Below are positions 18,773 through 30,700 of a stretch of 32,000 nt of DNA, piece by piece. Under the pieces are notes generated by a model that had not been told where the DNA came from, did no database searches, and was given only the letters and a program-made list of their open reading frames with translations. Both the position numbers and the translations under genes were made by a program. Positions within the stretch are counted from its first letter, which is position 1, and each line of letters begins with the position of its first letter. The stretch comes from Dickeya solani IPO 2222 (GTDB lineage Bacteria; Pseudomonadota; Gammaproteobacteria; Enterobacterales; Enterobacteriaceae), in NCBI RefSeq assembly GCF_001644705.1, contig NZ_CP015137.1:4770001-4802000 (forward strand), in the 5' to 3' direction.

Positions 18773-21700
18773 TCACCTTTTATTTGTTACTTGTTCAGGA
18801 AACGATTTTCTAAATTCATCATAGGTATAGACTTTACCGGTCTTACCGTCACGCACCGATTTTATCCATTCTGATGAATAATTCCGCGGCATCAAAATTT
18901 GATCAGCCCCACCATCATATTTGGGCTTTTCACTACCCGGTTTCTGTTCACCAACTATGCCTATATTAATTTTTGTATTTTCTGGAATTTCAATCTGTGC
19001 TTCAAACTGTGAGGTACTCCATTTCTTATATACAGCAGTTTCATTGCGTCCCGCATTTTGTTCAGTTGTAGCATACCCACCATCAAGTTTCGCTTGATCT
19101 GAGCTACCACCAAACTTCCTGTAAACTAAAACGGGTTCATTGGTAATTACCGTCTGATAGTTACCATCTTTAAAAGATTTTTTAATATCCCCCGGTAAAC
19201 TATCTTGCTGAGTTAATGTTACTTTACTGTCTATCTTCGTACCGGCAGTAGCAGGTGCACCTTGCTCCACTTTTTTAGCTACATTACCAGCAACCGATAA
19301 TTCGCCAGCTTCTGCCGCAACACCTTTAAACCCGGCCAGCGTACTCACAATCCCATGTAGTTGCATCGCCGTATCATACTGCGACGCCACTTCATCCCAG
19401 CCTTTTCCGGTTGATTTGGCTATGGCGGTAATGGCTGCATCGCGTGTGATGCTGCCTTCATCCAGCCCTTTCAGGATGGCGCTTGCATTAGCCGCGTCCT
19501 GCGGGTACAGGTCTTTGTAGATCAGACGGTAGCTCGCCGCACTCTCGCCATAACTATTCAGCGCCTGCTGCGCCTTTGCCACCAGTGCCGAGCAGGCCCC
19601 GCCTGATTTGTTGCCCTGCGTACAAATATCGTGGATGGCCTGATCGCGATCTTTGTCCAGTTTGCGGGTATCCGCCAGCTCTTTGGCTTCGTCCGCCGTC
19701 AGTGTTCCGGCTTTCTCCTTACGCTCCAGATCGGCCTTCGTCTGAGCTTCTGTGGCGCTGAGATAGTTATTCTCCACCGCATTACGCCCGGTTTGCGCGC
19801 CTGTCGCCGCACCGGCGGTGTTACCCGACGCAATCCCCGACGCCAGACCGGCCGCCAGTGACGCCAGCGCGCTTACCGACTGTTTTTCCGCTTCCGTCAG
19901 GTCGCTGGTGTCCCGCCCTGAGTACAGCTCCTTCATGATCAGCAGCCGCGCCGTCAGTTCACCGCCAGCCGCGCCCACCGCTCCCGCCACCGCATCCTTA
20001 CCGGACAGTTGCGCCACCACCGCGCCCATCAGCGCATGCCCCATCGCGTTGGCCGCGATGTCCGATGCCGTGGCTTTACTCTCGTCCGCCGGCATCGTCA
20101 CGCCTTTCACCAACTGCGCCAGATACGGCGCCGATGCACCGGCCAGCGCCTGCTGCAGGTTGCCGCCGCCCGCCAGCGCCTGAATCGCCGCCGTCGCCGC
20201 CTGTGTCGCCCGTTGCAGATCGCTGCCCGTGCCGTAAGACTGCATCACCGCCTTGTAAGCCGGCGTTTCCGTCAGGTCTTTCTTATATTTATCCCAGTCT
20301 TTTTCGGATGCGTTATCCGGCGGCCGTTTCACATCGCCTTTGGCTTCCGCCGCCCGCACCGCGCGGATTTCGCCTTCGGTACGGACAACGTCCATCACCT
20401 GCGCGCCCAGCTCACCGACCATCTGCGCCGTCTGCAGGCGTTTCTGCTCTTTCTCCTTGTCAAAGATCGAGCTCAGTGCATTATTGGCGTGCTCCACATC
20501 CCGGCTCAGGCCGGCAATATCCTGCTGCTGACCGGCCTGATTACGGATAATCAGCGCCCCGTCGCTCACCGCCGCGTAGGTGGTGCTGCCGGCATTGCCG
20601 CCCCGACCCATCGACATCAGTGCCGAAGGCGCGGTCAGCGCGGCCGATTTCAGCATATCCGACATACTCAGCGACGGACTGGCGCTCAGTCCGATACCGC
20701 TGTGCGACACCGAAAACTCGGCCCGGTTGTCGATATTGCTGAAGCCCAGCGTGCCGGTATCCAGCCGGTTTTTATCCGCGCTGGCGGTCGAACCAATCAC
20801 CGCGCCGTCCAGCTGCGTGTGGTTGCCGACGTTGATGTCGTAACCGCCCTTGCCGGCAAACAGCCCGGTCTGCTGCTGCACGCTGTCAAAACTGCTGTGC
20901 ATTTTGTCCTGGCTGGCGCTGAGATAGCCGCTGCCGGTCATGCTGCCAAAGGTAAAGCTACCGCCCGCCGACACGCTGGTCTGCTTCGAGTCATAGCGGT
21001 TACTGTCCTGCTGGCTTTTCAGCAGCAGGTCGCCGCCTACGTTTGCCACAATGCGCTCGCCGCTGACCTGCGCCCCGGTCAGGCGCGTGTCGCCGCCGCT
21101 GGTCAGGACAATCTGCTGCCCGGCATCCACCGTGGTTTCCGACCAGCTGTTGCCGTTGCCGAGTTCACGGCCTTTGGCCGCGTTGACGTTGGCGAAGACG
21201 CTGAATCCGGCACCGCTATTGCTCAGGCCGAAACTGACGCCAATATTCCCGCCGCTGCTGCTGTTGCTGCCGGTCATCGACTCGGTGTTGCGTGCCGATA
21301 GCAGATTAATCGCCCGGGACGCATTCAGCTCCACATTGTTGGCCGCTTTCAGCTGGCTGCCGACGGCGGTGATATCGCCCTGACGCGCCACCACGCTAAT
21401 ATCATGGCCCGCATTTAGCGTCGAGGCAAAACTCTGCGACTGTTCGCTGGTCTGGCTGCTGCTGGAGCGCTGCGCCCCCAGCGACACGCTGATGCCGACA
21501 AACGACGACGCCCCCTGATTGTTGGTATCAATCTGGGTGCCCTGATAAGCCTGATACCCCGACAGCGCCGCCTTCATCCCCTGCAGCGCCTGCAGACGAC
21601 TGTCGCTCTGTTCCCGCACCGCCTGAACCGCCTGCACCGCACTATTCAGCGCCGATCCCACCACACCCGATAGCGTTACCGTCAATCCGGCGGTTTTTTG

Positions 21701-24700
21701 CTCCATCTGGCGCGACTGTTTACGGGTATCGTAGCCCGGATCAATCGTCACGCTGTTGCCCGTCACCTGAATGTCCCGGGCCGCAATCACATCGGTAGCC
21801 GCCATCGACACCGCCTGCCCGGCATTCAGGCGCACCGACCCACTGGTGGTGCCCAGCGTGCTCACGCTCTGGCTCTGGGTAGTCGCCTTATCGTCCTGTT
21901 TCTGGCTCATCGACGTACTGCCGATAGTAAACCCGATGCCGCCCCCGCTGAACACCCCGCTCTTCTTGCGGCTGTGCTCCTCGTAGTTACGGTAGGTCTC
22001 CACGCTCGCCGCGGTAGTGATGTCATGCCCCGCCGTCAGCGTCACCTCCCCGTCCGCCGCCACCGCCGAGCCCTGCACCCCGAGGTCATGCCCCGCCGTC
22101 AGCGCCACGCTGTCCCCCGACAGCAGCGTCCCCTTCTCCGTCGTCTGCTGCGTGTCACGCAGCGTGTGCGTGGTGGTCTTCGACAGGAACCCCTTCTTCA
22201 CCGTGGTTTCTTCAAAAAAATCATGCCGGCTTTCCGTCGCCGACAGCAGGCTCAGGTCGCGCCCCGCCTGCGCCGTCAGCGCGCCGCGCGTCTCCGCCTG
22301 CGCCCCCTGCAGCGTCAGGTCCTGACCCGCCCGCAGGCTCAGCCCCTCCCCGGCGTTCAGCACCGTCCCCTGCTGACTCACCGTCTGCTGCCAGTCCAGA
22401 TGCCGTTTCCACGCGTTCGAACTGAACTGATCCTCACCGGCCGACAGCAGGCTCAGGTCACGCCCCGCCGACAGTCCCAGCGTCCCCGCCGCGCTCAGTT
22501 GCGCCGCCGTGCTGCTCAGGTCGCGACCGGCGCTCAGGCTCAGGTCGCCCCCGCTGGCCACCGTGCTCTGCACCAGCCCCTGACTGCGCCGCTCGCTGGC
22601 GCCGCCATCCTGACGCACCGTGTCCGTCACCGTGGTCAGCGCACTCAGCCGGATGTCGTTGCCCGCCGCCAACTGCAGCGGCCCGCCCGCGCTCAGTTGT
22701 GCCCCGTTCAGCGCGATATCGTACCCCGCCTGCAGCGTCAGCCCGCCTTGCGCCGTTATCAGCCCGGCCTGCCCGATATCGGTGCGCGTCAGCGACCCGC
22801 TGCCCCGCCCGTCCTGCGCCGCCGTCTGCCACTGGTTACGGGTGGTGGTGTTGGTGATGTCGCCGCTGACGCTCGCCAGCGTCACCGTGTTGCCCTGAAT
22901 GGTGGCGCTGCGGTTGGTCAGGTTGCCCAGCGCCACCAGATTCAGCGCGCCGCCCGCGTTCAACAGCCCGCCCTCACTGTTGGTCAGGTTACCTCCGCTG
23001 GCGACAGCAAGGGCGTCCTGCGCCGTCACCGTGCTACCGCGGTTGTCGATGTCCCCGCCCGCGCTCAGGCTCACGCTGTTCGCCACGATGCGGCTGCCCT
23101 GCAGGTTGCTCCTGTCCGCCTGCGCCAGATACAGCTTCGGCGCCAGCACCGTCTGCCCGCCGACGCTAATGTTCTCCCACCACACCAGGCTGTGGCTCAG
23201 CCCCGCCACCTGCGCCGACGTCAGGCTCATCCCCAGTTGCAGACCCAGCCGGCTTTTCTCCGCCGCCGCGTTGTCCATCAGCTGCTGCATCTGCGCCAGG
23301 TCCGACCCCACGCCGTTCAGGTAGCGCTGCCCGGTCTGGCTCAGCACCGCGTTGCTGATATAGCGGGTGTCAAACGCCGCGTCCCCCAGAAAGCGGTAGT
23401 CGTGCTCCGCGTCCAGATTCAGCTTGCCCAGCAGGTAGGACGACCCCAGCACCTGCGTCGGGTCGGTCAGCGTCGGGCGGGTTTCCACCGGCACCGTGGT
23501 GCCCGGCGTCTGCCCCAGCAGGCCGCGCAGGTCGTCGAACAGGCGGTTGTCCACCTGACCAAGCTGGCTCAGCGTCGGGTTGGTGCGTATCAGGTAGCGG
23601 CTGTCGCCGGCGGTATCCGCCACGAACAGCCCGTTCTGGCTGGTCGGCAGCGGGTAGTCGGTCAGCGACGGGCTGCCCAGTTGCTGCAGCCCCTGGGTCA
23701 GTGCCGCCTGCAACTGGCCGAAGGACAGCGCTGCCAGCGGTGTCAGCGCGGTAGCCGTCACCGGCGAGGCGCCGGGCGCCGTCGCCTGAAGATGCCCGCC
23801 CGCCAGGCCGTCAGGCAGGCTGAGCACGGTGGCTGTTACCGGTGTTCCCCCCGCTATCGCCCCGGCCGTCAGCGCGGTGTCGGCCATCCCGGCGACCGGG
23901 GTGCCGCCGGCAGGCAGGTCGCCGGTGCGCGTCACCGTGGTGTAACCACCGGCCAGACCGCCGGCCTGCCCGGCCAGCGCCACGTTGCCGCTGCCGTCCG
24001 GTAGGGAGGTGGGGCTGACGCTGCCCGCCGCACCATTCAGCCCGCGGTCAGCCTGTGCGTCCACCGGGGTGAGTGCATTCACGCCAGCCATTGTCGGCGT
24101 CGCTATCACCGGGATAAAGCCGCCGCTGCCCGGCTGTAAATTGGTGTTGCTGATATTCTGGGAGAAGCTGGCGGTTATCGAGCCGCCCGCCTGAATGGTC
24201 GCGGCGTAGGTTTGGCCGGGGGTGGATATGATTTGTCGGTCTTTTAATACATATCTAAGCCTATCTCTATCAAACCGACTTCTATCGCGAAAATATATCT
24301 TATATTCGCCAAGATGCTCCGAATACTCGTAATCATTCCACCTGTTATCTCTTTTAGCTTTTTCTTGTAGCCACCCTATAGGTGCCATACCTAGCAATAA
24401 TTCATCATCGCCAACTTCGTATTCATATACTAATGACTCAGATATAGAGCCCACCTGATAGGAAGCATTTTTCAAAACGTTTCCTGTCATAGAAATATTT
24501 TTTTTAGACGATATTACGGATGCATCATTAATTAATAAAGCGGATGCAATATTAATATTGCCTGATGATAGAATATTAGCCCCTCCCCCATTAGCAGTTA
24601 TTTTTATATCTTTAGATGCATATGAAAATATTGCTGTAGATTTTTCTTTACTAACAGGAAATGGGAAAAAATATATTTCATCAAGGTTTGGACCATCTTC

Positions 24701-27700
24701 TCTACTTGGATTAGAGTTAGCCTCATAAGTTGCAAGCTCACCATCTTTAAACCAATCAATAGGAATATAGATCGTCGTCCCGCCCGCCCATGAGGGCACC
24801 TCCGCCGCCGTACTGCTGCTCTCGGTGACCGTCAGCCCCTCCCGCTGGTTGGTCAGCGTCCCGGTGCGTACCGTGATATCCCCCCGCTGCGTCTCGATGG
24901 TGCCCGAACTGTTCAGCACGCTGCTGCTGGCATTGCCTGCCGCGTCACGCTGTATCCACAGGCTGTCTCCCGCCAGGATATTCCCGAACCGGTTCACCAG
25001 CGCCGCCGACAGCAGCTGCAGGTCGCCCCCGCCGTACAGCAGGCCGCCGTTCTCTATCAGCCCGCCCGCCTGCACCAGCAGGTCGCCCGCCGTCCCCACA
25101 AAACCCCGGTTGACGATGTTGCCGGTCGCCAGCAGGCGCAGCGGCCCGCCGCCCTGGATACTGCCGCTCTCCGCCTGGCTGATAGCCGCCGCCGACAGCG
25201 TGCTGTTGCCGCCGCCCGCCACGATGCGACCCTGCTGCGTCAGCGTGCCGGTGCTCGTCACCGTCACCCCGTTGCCCTGCAGCGTCCCCGCCTGCACCAG
25301 GTCCCCGGTCACGGCCAGCGTCAGCTGGCCCCCCGCCGCCAGCGCGCGCGTCAGGGTGAACGGGCCGCCAATGTCCGCCCGCAGGTCGCCCAGCGCCGCC
25401 AGCTGGCCGTCCTGCGTCAGTTGCCCGGTGCGCAGCTGCAGCCCGCCCGCGCTGTACAGCCGCGCCCCGTCCGCGTTGTTGAGGCTGGCCGCCTGCAGCG
25501 CCAGCCGCGTCAGCCCCAGCAGCGTGCCCCGGTTGTCCAGCGCGCCGTCGGTGGTGATGTCCAGCTGCCCCGCCTGCACCGTGCCGTGGTTGGTCCACTG
25601 CGGCAGGTGCAGCGTCAGCCCGTTCTGCGCCTGCAGCGTGCCGCTGTTGTCCAGCTGCGCGGTGGTCAGCGTCAGGTCCTGCCCCTGCACCCAGCCGGCG
25701 TTGGTCAGTTGTGTCGCGCCCAGCGTCAGTTGTCCGCCCGACAGCAGCTGCCCGCCGCTCTGGTTGTCCAGCAGGGTGCCGCCCTGCACCGTCAGCCCGC
25801 TGCGGCCCTGTATCTGCCCGCCGTTGCTGACCGTCGCGCCGCCCAGCGACACCGTCCCGCCGAGCAGCGTCGCCCCGGCGGTGTTCTCCAGTTGCTCATC
25901 CAGCGTGACGTTCAGCTGCCCGGCGCCGGTAATGCCGCCCTGATTGCGCAGGCGCGCGGCACGCAGCGTCACGTCCTGCGCCTGCAGGTGTCCGGCCTGG
26001 TCTATCGTCGCCGCACTCAGGCTGAACGCGCCGTTGCCCCCCACCTGGCTGCCCGCCTCGCCCACATAGGTGCCGGTCAGTTGGATGTTGCCGTCGTCCA
26101 GCCCCAGCAGCGTGCCCAGGTTGCGCAGCCGGTCCGCGGTCAGCGTCAGCCGGCCCGACTGCCACAGCCCCTGGTTCAGCAGCGTGCCGGTGGCGAGACT
26201 GCCGGCGCCGCCGCTCAGCAGCCGTCCGCCGGCCTGATTGGTGACAGCGTCACTGAACTGCGCGTCAAAGCCGCCCAGCGCGGTCAGCGTCCCGCCGTTG
26301 TCGAACTGCCGCCCGCGCAGCGTCGCCATGCCCTGCGTGGTCAGTTGCCCCAGGTTGGTCAGGCTGGCGGCCTCCAGTTGCAGCCCGCGCTGCCCCAGCA
26401 GCGTGCCGTGGTTGGTCAATGACGTACCGCTCACGTTCAGCACGCCGGCCTGCCACAGCCCGGCGTTGTCGGCGTTATCGATGGCCAGCGTCGCTGTGCC
26501 GCCGCTCAGCAGTTGGCTGTCGGCATTGCCGGTATAGCGGGACACCCCGTTCAGCGTCAGCGCTGACGTGCCCTGCATTCTGCCTGCGTTGGTGACCGTG
26601 TCCGCCCGCAGCGTCAGCGTATCTGCCTGCACGCTGCCCGCGTTATCCAGCTGTTGCGCCGTCACGCCGGCCGTGCCGTTGCCCAGCAGCGACCCGCCGG
26701 CGGTGTTGGTCAGTTGCCCCCGGCTGGTCACGTCCAGCTGCGACAGCCCCACCAGCCGCCCGCCGTTGGTCAGCGTGCCGGTGGTCAGTTGCAGCCGGTC
26801 GCCGCCGATGTCGCCCTGCTGCGTCACCGTGTCCGCCGTCAGCGTCACCGCGCCGCTGCCCAGCACCTGACTGCCCGCCCCGCCGGTATAGCCCTGCGTC
26901 AGGGTCAGCGTGATGCCGTCCGTGCCCAGCAGCGCGCCGCCGTTGTCCAGCGACGCCGCGCTCAGCAGCAGGTTTTTCCCCTGCCACTGTCCCCGGCTGT
27001 TCACCGACCCGGCCTGCACCTGCCAGTCGCCGTTGCTCAGCAGACGCCCGTCCGCGCCCACACGCAGCCCGCCGCCCAGTGTCAGCACGCCGCCCTGCTC
27101 CGCCAGCAGCGTGCCGCGGTTGTCCAGACTGTCGCCGGTCAGCAGCAGGGTGCGGCTGTCCAGCCGGCCCGCGTTGGTCATGTCGCCGGCCGCCAGCGAC
27201 AGCGCGCCGCTGGCCGCCAGCGTGCCCTGATTATCCAGCCGGCGACCGGTTATCCGGCTGTCACCGCCGGCGGTCAGCGTACCGGTGTTGGTCAGACTGC
27301 CCGGACTGGCTGCCTGTACATCCTGCGCCAGTTGCTGTACCGCCCGCAGCATGGCGCGCAGCGGGTCACTGCCGGTGGCCGGCAGTGTGACCGCCAGGTC
27401 GCCGTCACTGTGTATCTGCCCGCCGTTGCGCAGGCTGTCGGCGGTCAGCTGCAGGGTGCCGGCCTGCCACTCACCGTCATTCTCTGCCGTCGCCGCGTTC
27501 AGCACCGCCGCCCCCTGCGTCAGCAGTTTGCCGGTGGCGGTGTTGGTCAGCGCGCCGCCGGCCGTCAGCGTCAGCGCCGACAGCCCCAGCAGTTGCCCGG
27601 CGTTGTGGACCGTGCCGGCCGTGGCGTGAAGACGGTCACCCTGCCAGCGGCCCTGGTTGTCCAGCGCAGCGGCCGTCAGGCGGCTTTCACCGTTGCTCAG

Positions 27701-30700
27701 CCACTGCCCGGATGTCTGATTGCGTGCCGTACCGGCTATCGCCAGCGTCAGCGCGTCCATTCCCAGCAGCGTGCCGCCGTTGTCCAGCGTCTCCGCCGTC
27801 AGGCTCAGTGTCTGCCCTTCCAGCCGCCCGTGGTTGGTCAGGGTACCGGGTAAGGTCACCGTCAGCCCCTCGCGTCCGCTCAGCAGCCCGCCATTGTCCA
27901 GCGCGGCGGCGCGGGCCATCAGCGTCTGCCCCGCAAGCGTGCCCGTGTTGCCCAGCGCTCCGCGCAGCTCCAGCGTCAGCGCCTCAGCGGCGCTCAGCCG
28001 GCCGCCGTTGCTCAGCGTGTCGCCGGTGATCGTCACCGTCTTCCCCTGCCAGCGACCGCCGTCACCCACCACGCCGTTGCCGCTCAGCGTCAGCGCCCCG
28101 TCGCTGTACAGACTGCCGCCGCCCGCGTAGTCCCCCGTCAGCGTCAGCGCCCCGCCCGACGCCAGCTGTCCCTCGTTGTGCAGGTCTGCCCCGGCAACCG
28201 TCAGGTTGCCCAGTCCCGACACCGTGCCCCGGTTGTCCAGCCCGCCCAGCGTCAGCGTGGTGTCGCCGTTCGCCGCCAGCGTGCCGCTGTTGGTCAGCGT
28301 CCCCGCCGCAGAGAGCGTCGCCGTCAGCGCGCCGTCGCTCTGTATCCGCCCGCCGTTGCGCAGGCTGCCCGCCGTCAGCAACAGGTTGCCGGCCTGCCAC
28401 TCGCCGTCATTCTCTGCCGTCGCCGCGTTCAGCACCGCCGCCCCCTGCGTCAGCAGTTTGCCGGTGGCGGTGTTGGTCAGGGTGCCGCCGGCCGTCAGCG
28501 TCAACGCCGACAGCCCCAGCAGTTGCCCGGCGTTGCGGACCGTGCCGGCCGTGGCCTCAAGGCGCGCGCCCTGCCACTGACCCTGGTTGTCCAGCTCAGC
28601 GGCCGTCAGGCGGCTTTCGCCGTTGCTCAGCCACTGCCCCGACGCCTGATTGCGTGCCGTCCCGGCTATCGCCAGCGTCAGCGCGTCCATTCCCAGCAGC
28701 GTGCCGCCGTTGTCCAGCATGTCCGCCGTCAGGCTCAGCGTGCGGCTCTCCAGCCGGCCGTGGCTGGTCAGCGCGCCGGTCGTCGTCACCGTCAGCGAAT
28801 CCAGCCCGGTGACCGTACCGCTGTTGGTCAGTTGCCCGCCGCCAATAGCGACCGTGTGACCCTGCCAGCGCCCGCCGTCGTTGGCGAGGGTCGCGCCGCG
28901 CAGCGTCAGCGCCGCATCGCTGTACAGGCTGCCCGCGCCGGCGTAATGGCCGGTCAGCGTCAGCGCGCCCTGCGCCGCCAGTTGCCCGGCGTTGTCCAGG
29001 TCCGTTCCGGTGACCGTCAGGTCGCCCCGCACCGACACCGCCCCCCGGTTATCCAGCCCGCCCAGCGTCAGCGTGGTGTCGCCGTTCGCCGCCAGCGTGC
29101 CGGTGTTGGTCAGTACGCCCGCCGGGGACAGCGCCACATCAAGCGCGCCGTCGCTCTGTATCCGCCCGCCGTTGCGCAGGCCGTCCGCCGTCAGCCGCAG
29201 GCGGCCGCTCTGCCACTCGCCGTCGTTGTCCACCGTCGCCGCCGTCAGCACCGCCGCCCCCTGCGTCAGCAGTGTGCCGGTGGCGGTGTTGGCCAGCGCG
29301 CCGTGCGCCGTCAGCGTCAGCGCCGACAGCCCCAGCAGTTGCCCGGCGTTGCGGATGCGGGCCGCCGTGGCGGTCAGGCTGTCGCCCTGCCACTGCCCCT
29401 GGTTGTCCAGCGTGCCGGCCGTCAGGCGGCTCACGCCCTGACTCAGCCACCGGCCCGACGCCTGATTGCGCGCCGTCCCGGCTATCGCCAGCGTCAGCGC
29501 GTCCATCCCCAGCAGCGTGCCGCCGTTGTCCAGACTGTCCGCCGTCAGGCTCAACGTCTTCCCTTCCAGCCGCCCGCGGTTGGTCAGGGTGCCGGGTAAG
29601 GTCACCGTCAGCGAATCCAGACCAGTGATATTGCCGGTGTTGGCCAGTTGCTGACCGATGAGCGCGATACGCCCGCCGACCAGCGTGCCCTGATTGTCAA
29701 GCTGCTGCCCGGTGATATCTATTGTACTGCCCTGCCAGCGCCCGCCGGCGTTGGCGATATCGGCGCCGCGCAGCGTCAGCGCCGCCTCACTGTACAGACT
29801 GCCGCCGCCCGCGTAGTCCCCCGTCAGCGTCAGCGCGCCGCGCGACGCCAGCTGCCCGGCGTTGCCCAGCGTCGTGCCCTGCACCGTCAGCCCGCCCAGC
29901 GCCGACACCGCGCCCCGGTTGTCCAGCCCGCCCAGCGTCAGCGTGGTGTCGCCGTTCGCCGCCAGCGTGCCGCGGTTGGTCAGCATCCCTGTCGCAGAGA
30001 GTGCCGCCGTCAGCGCGCCGTCACTCTGTATCCGCCCGCCGTTGCGCAGGCTGTCCGCCGTCAGCAGCAGATTGCCGGCCTGCCATTCACCGTCATTCTC
30101 TGCCGCCGCCGCGTTCAGCACCGCCGCCCCCTGCGTCAGCAGTTTTCCGGTGGCGGTGTTGGTCAGCGCGCCGTCGGCCGTCAGTGTCACCGCCTGCCGC
30201 CCCTGCAGCGTGCCGCTGTTGTCCAGCCCGTCCGCCGTCACGCTCAGCGTGTCGCCCGCCATCACTCCCCGGTTGGCCGTCTGCCCCGCCTGTACCGTCA
30301 GCGCGCCCCCGGCCAGCAGCGACCCGCTATTGTCCAGTTGCGTCTGCGCCTGCACCGTCAGCGTCCCGTCCGCCGACAGCGTGCCGCCGTTGCTCAGCGT
30401 GTCCGCCGTCAGCGTCACCTGCCGCCCGCTCACCGTGCCCCGGTTGTCCAGCTCAGCGGCCGTCAGGCGGCTTTCACCGTTGCTCAGCCACTGCCCCGAC
30501 GCCTGATTGCGCGCCGTCCCGGCTATCGCCAGCGTCAGCGCGTCCATTCCCAGCAGCGTGCCGCCATTGTCCAGCGTGTCCGCCGTCAGACCGAGCGCCC
30601 GTCCTTCCAGCCGCCCGCCGTTGCTCAGCGCCCCGGCCAGCGTCACCGTCAGCCCGTCGCGCCCGCTCAGCAGCCCGCCGTTGTCCAGCGACGCCGCCCG

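Noticed and set aside
18776-19240. Reading the toxin domain as a classical R-S-E ADP-ribosyltransferase (VYR ... WSTSQF ... EAQIE).
   Set aside because: The STS-like and ExE-like motifs are only ~5 residues apart. R-S-E ARTs separate them by tens of residues. The coincidence of three short motifs is not enough.
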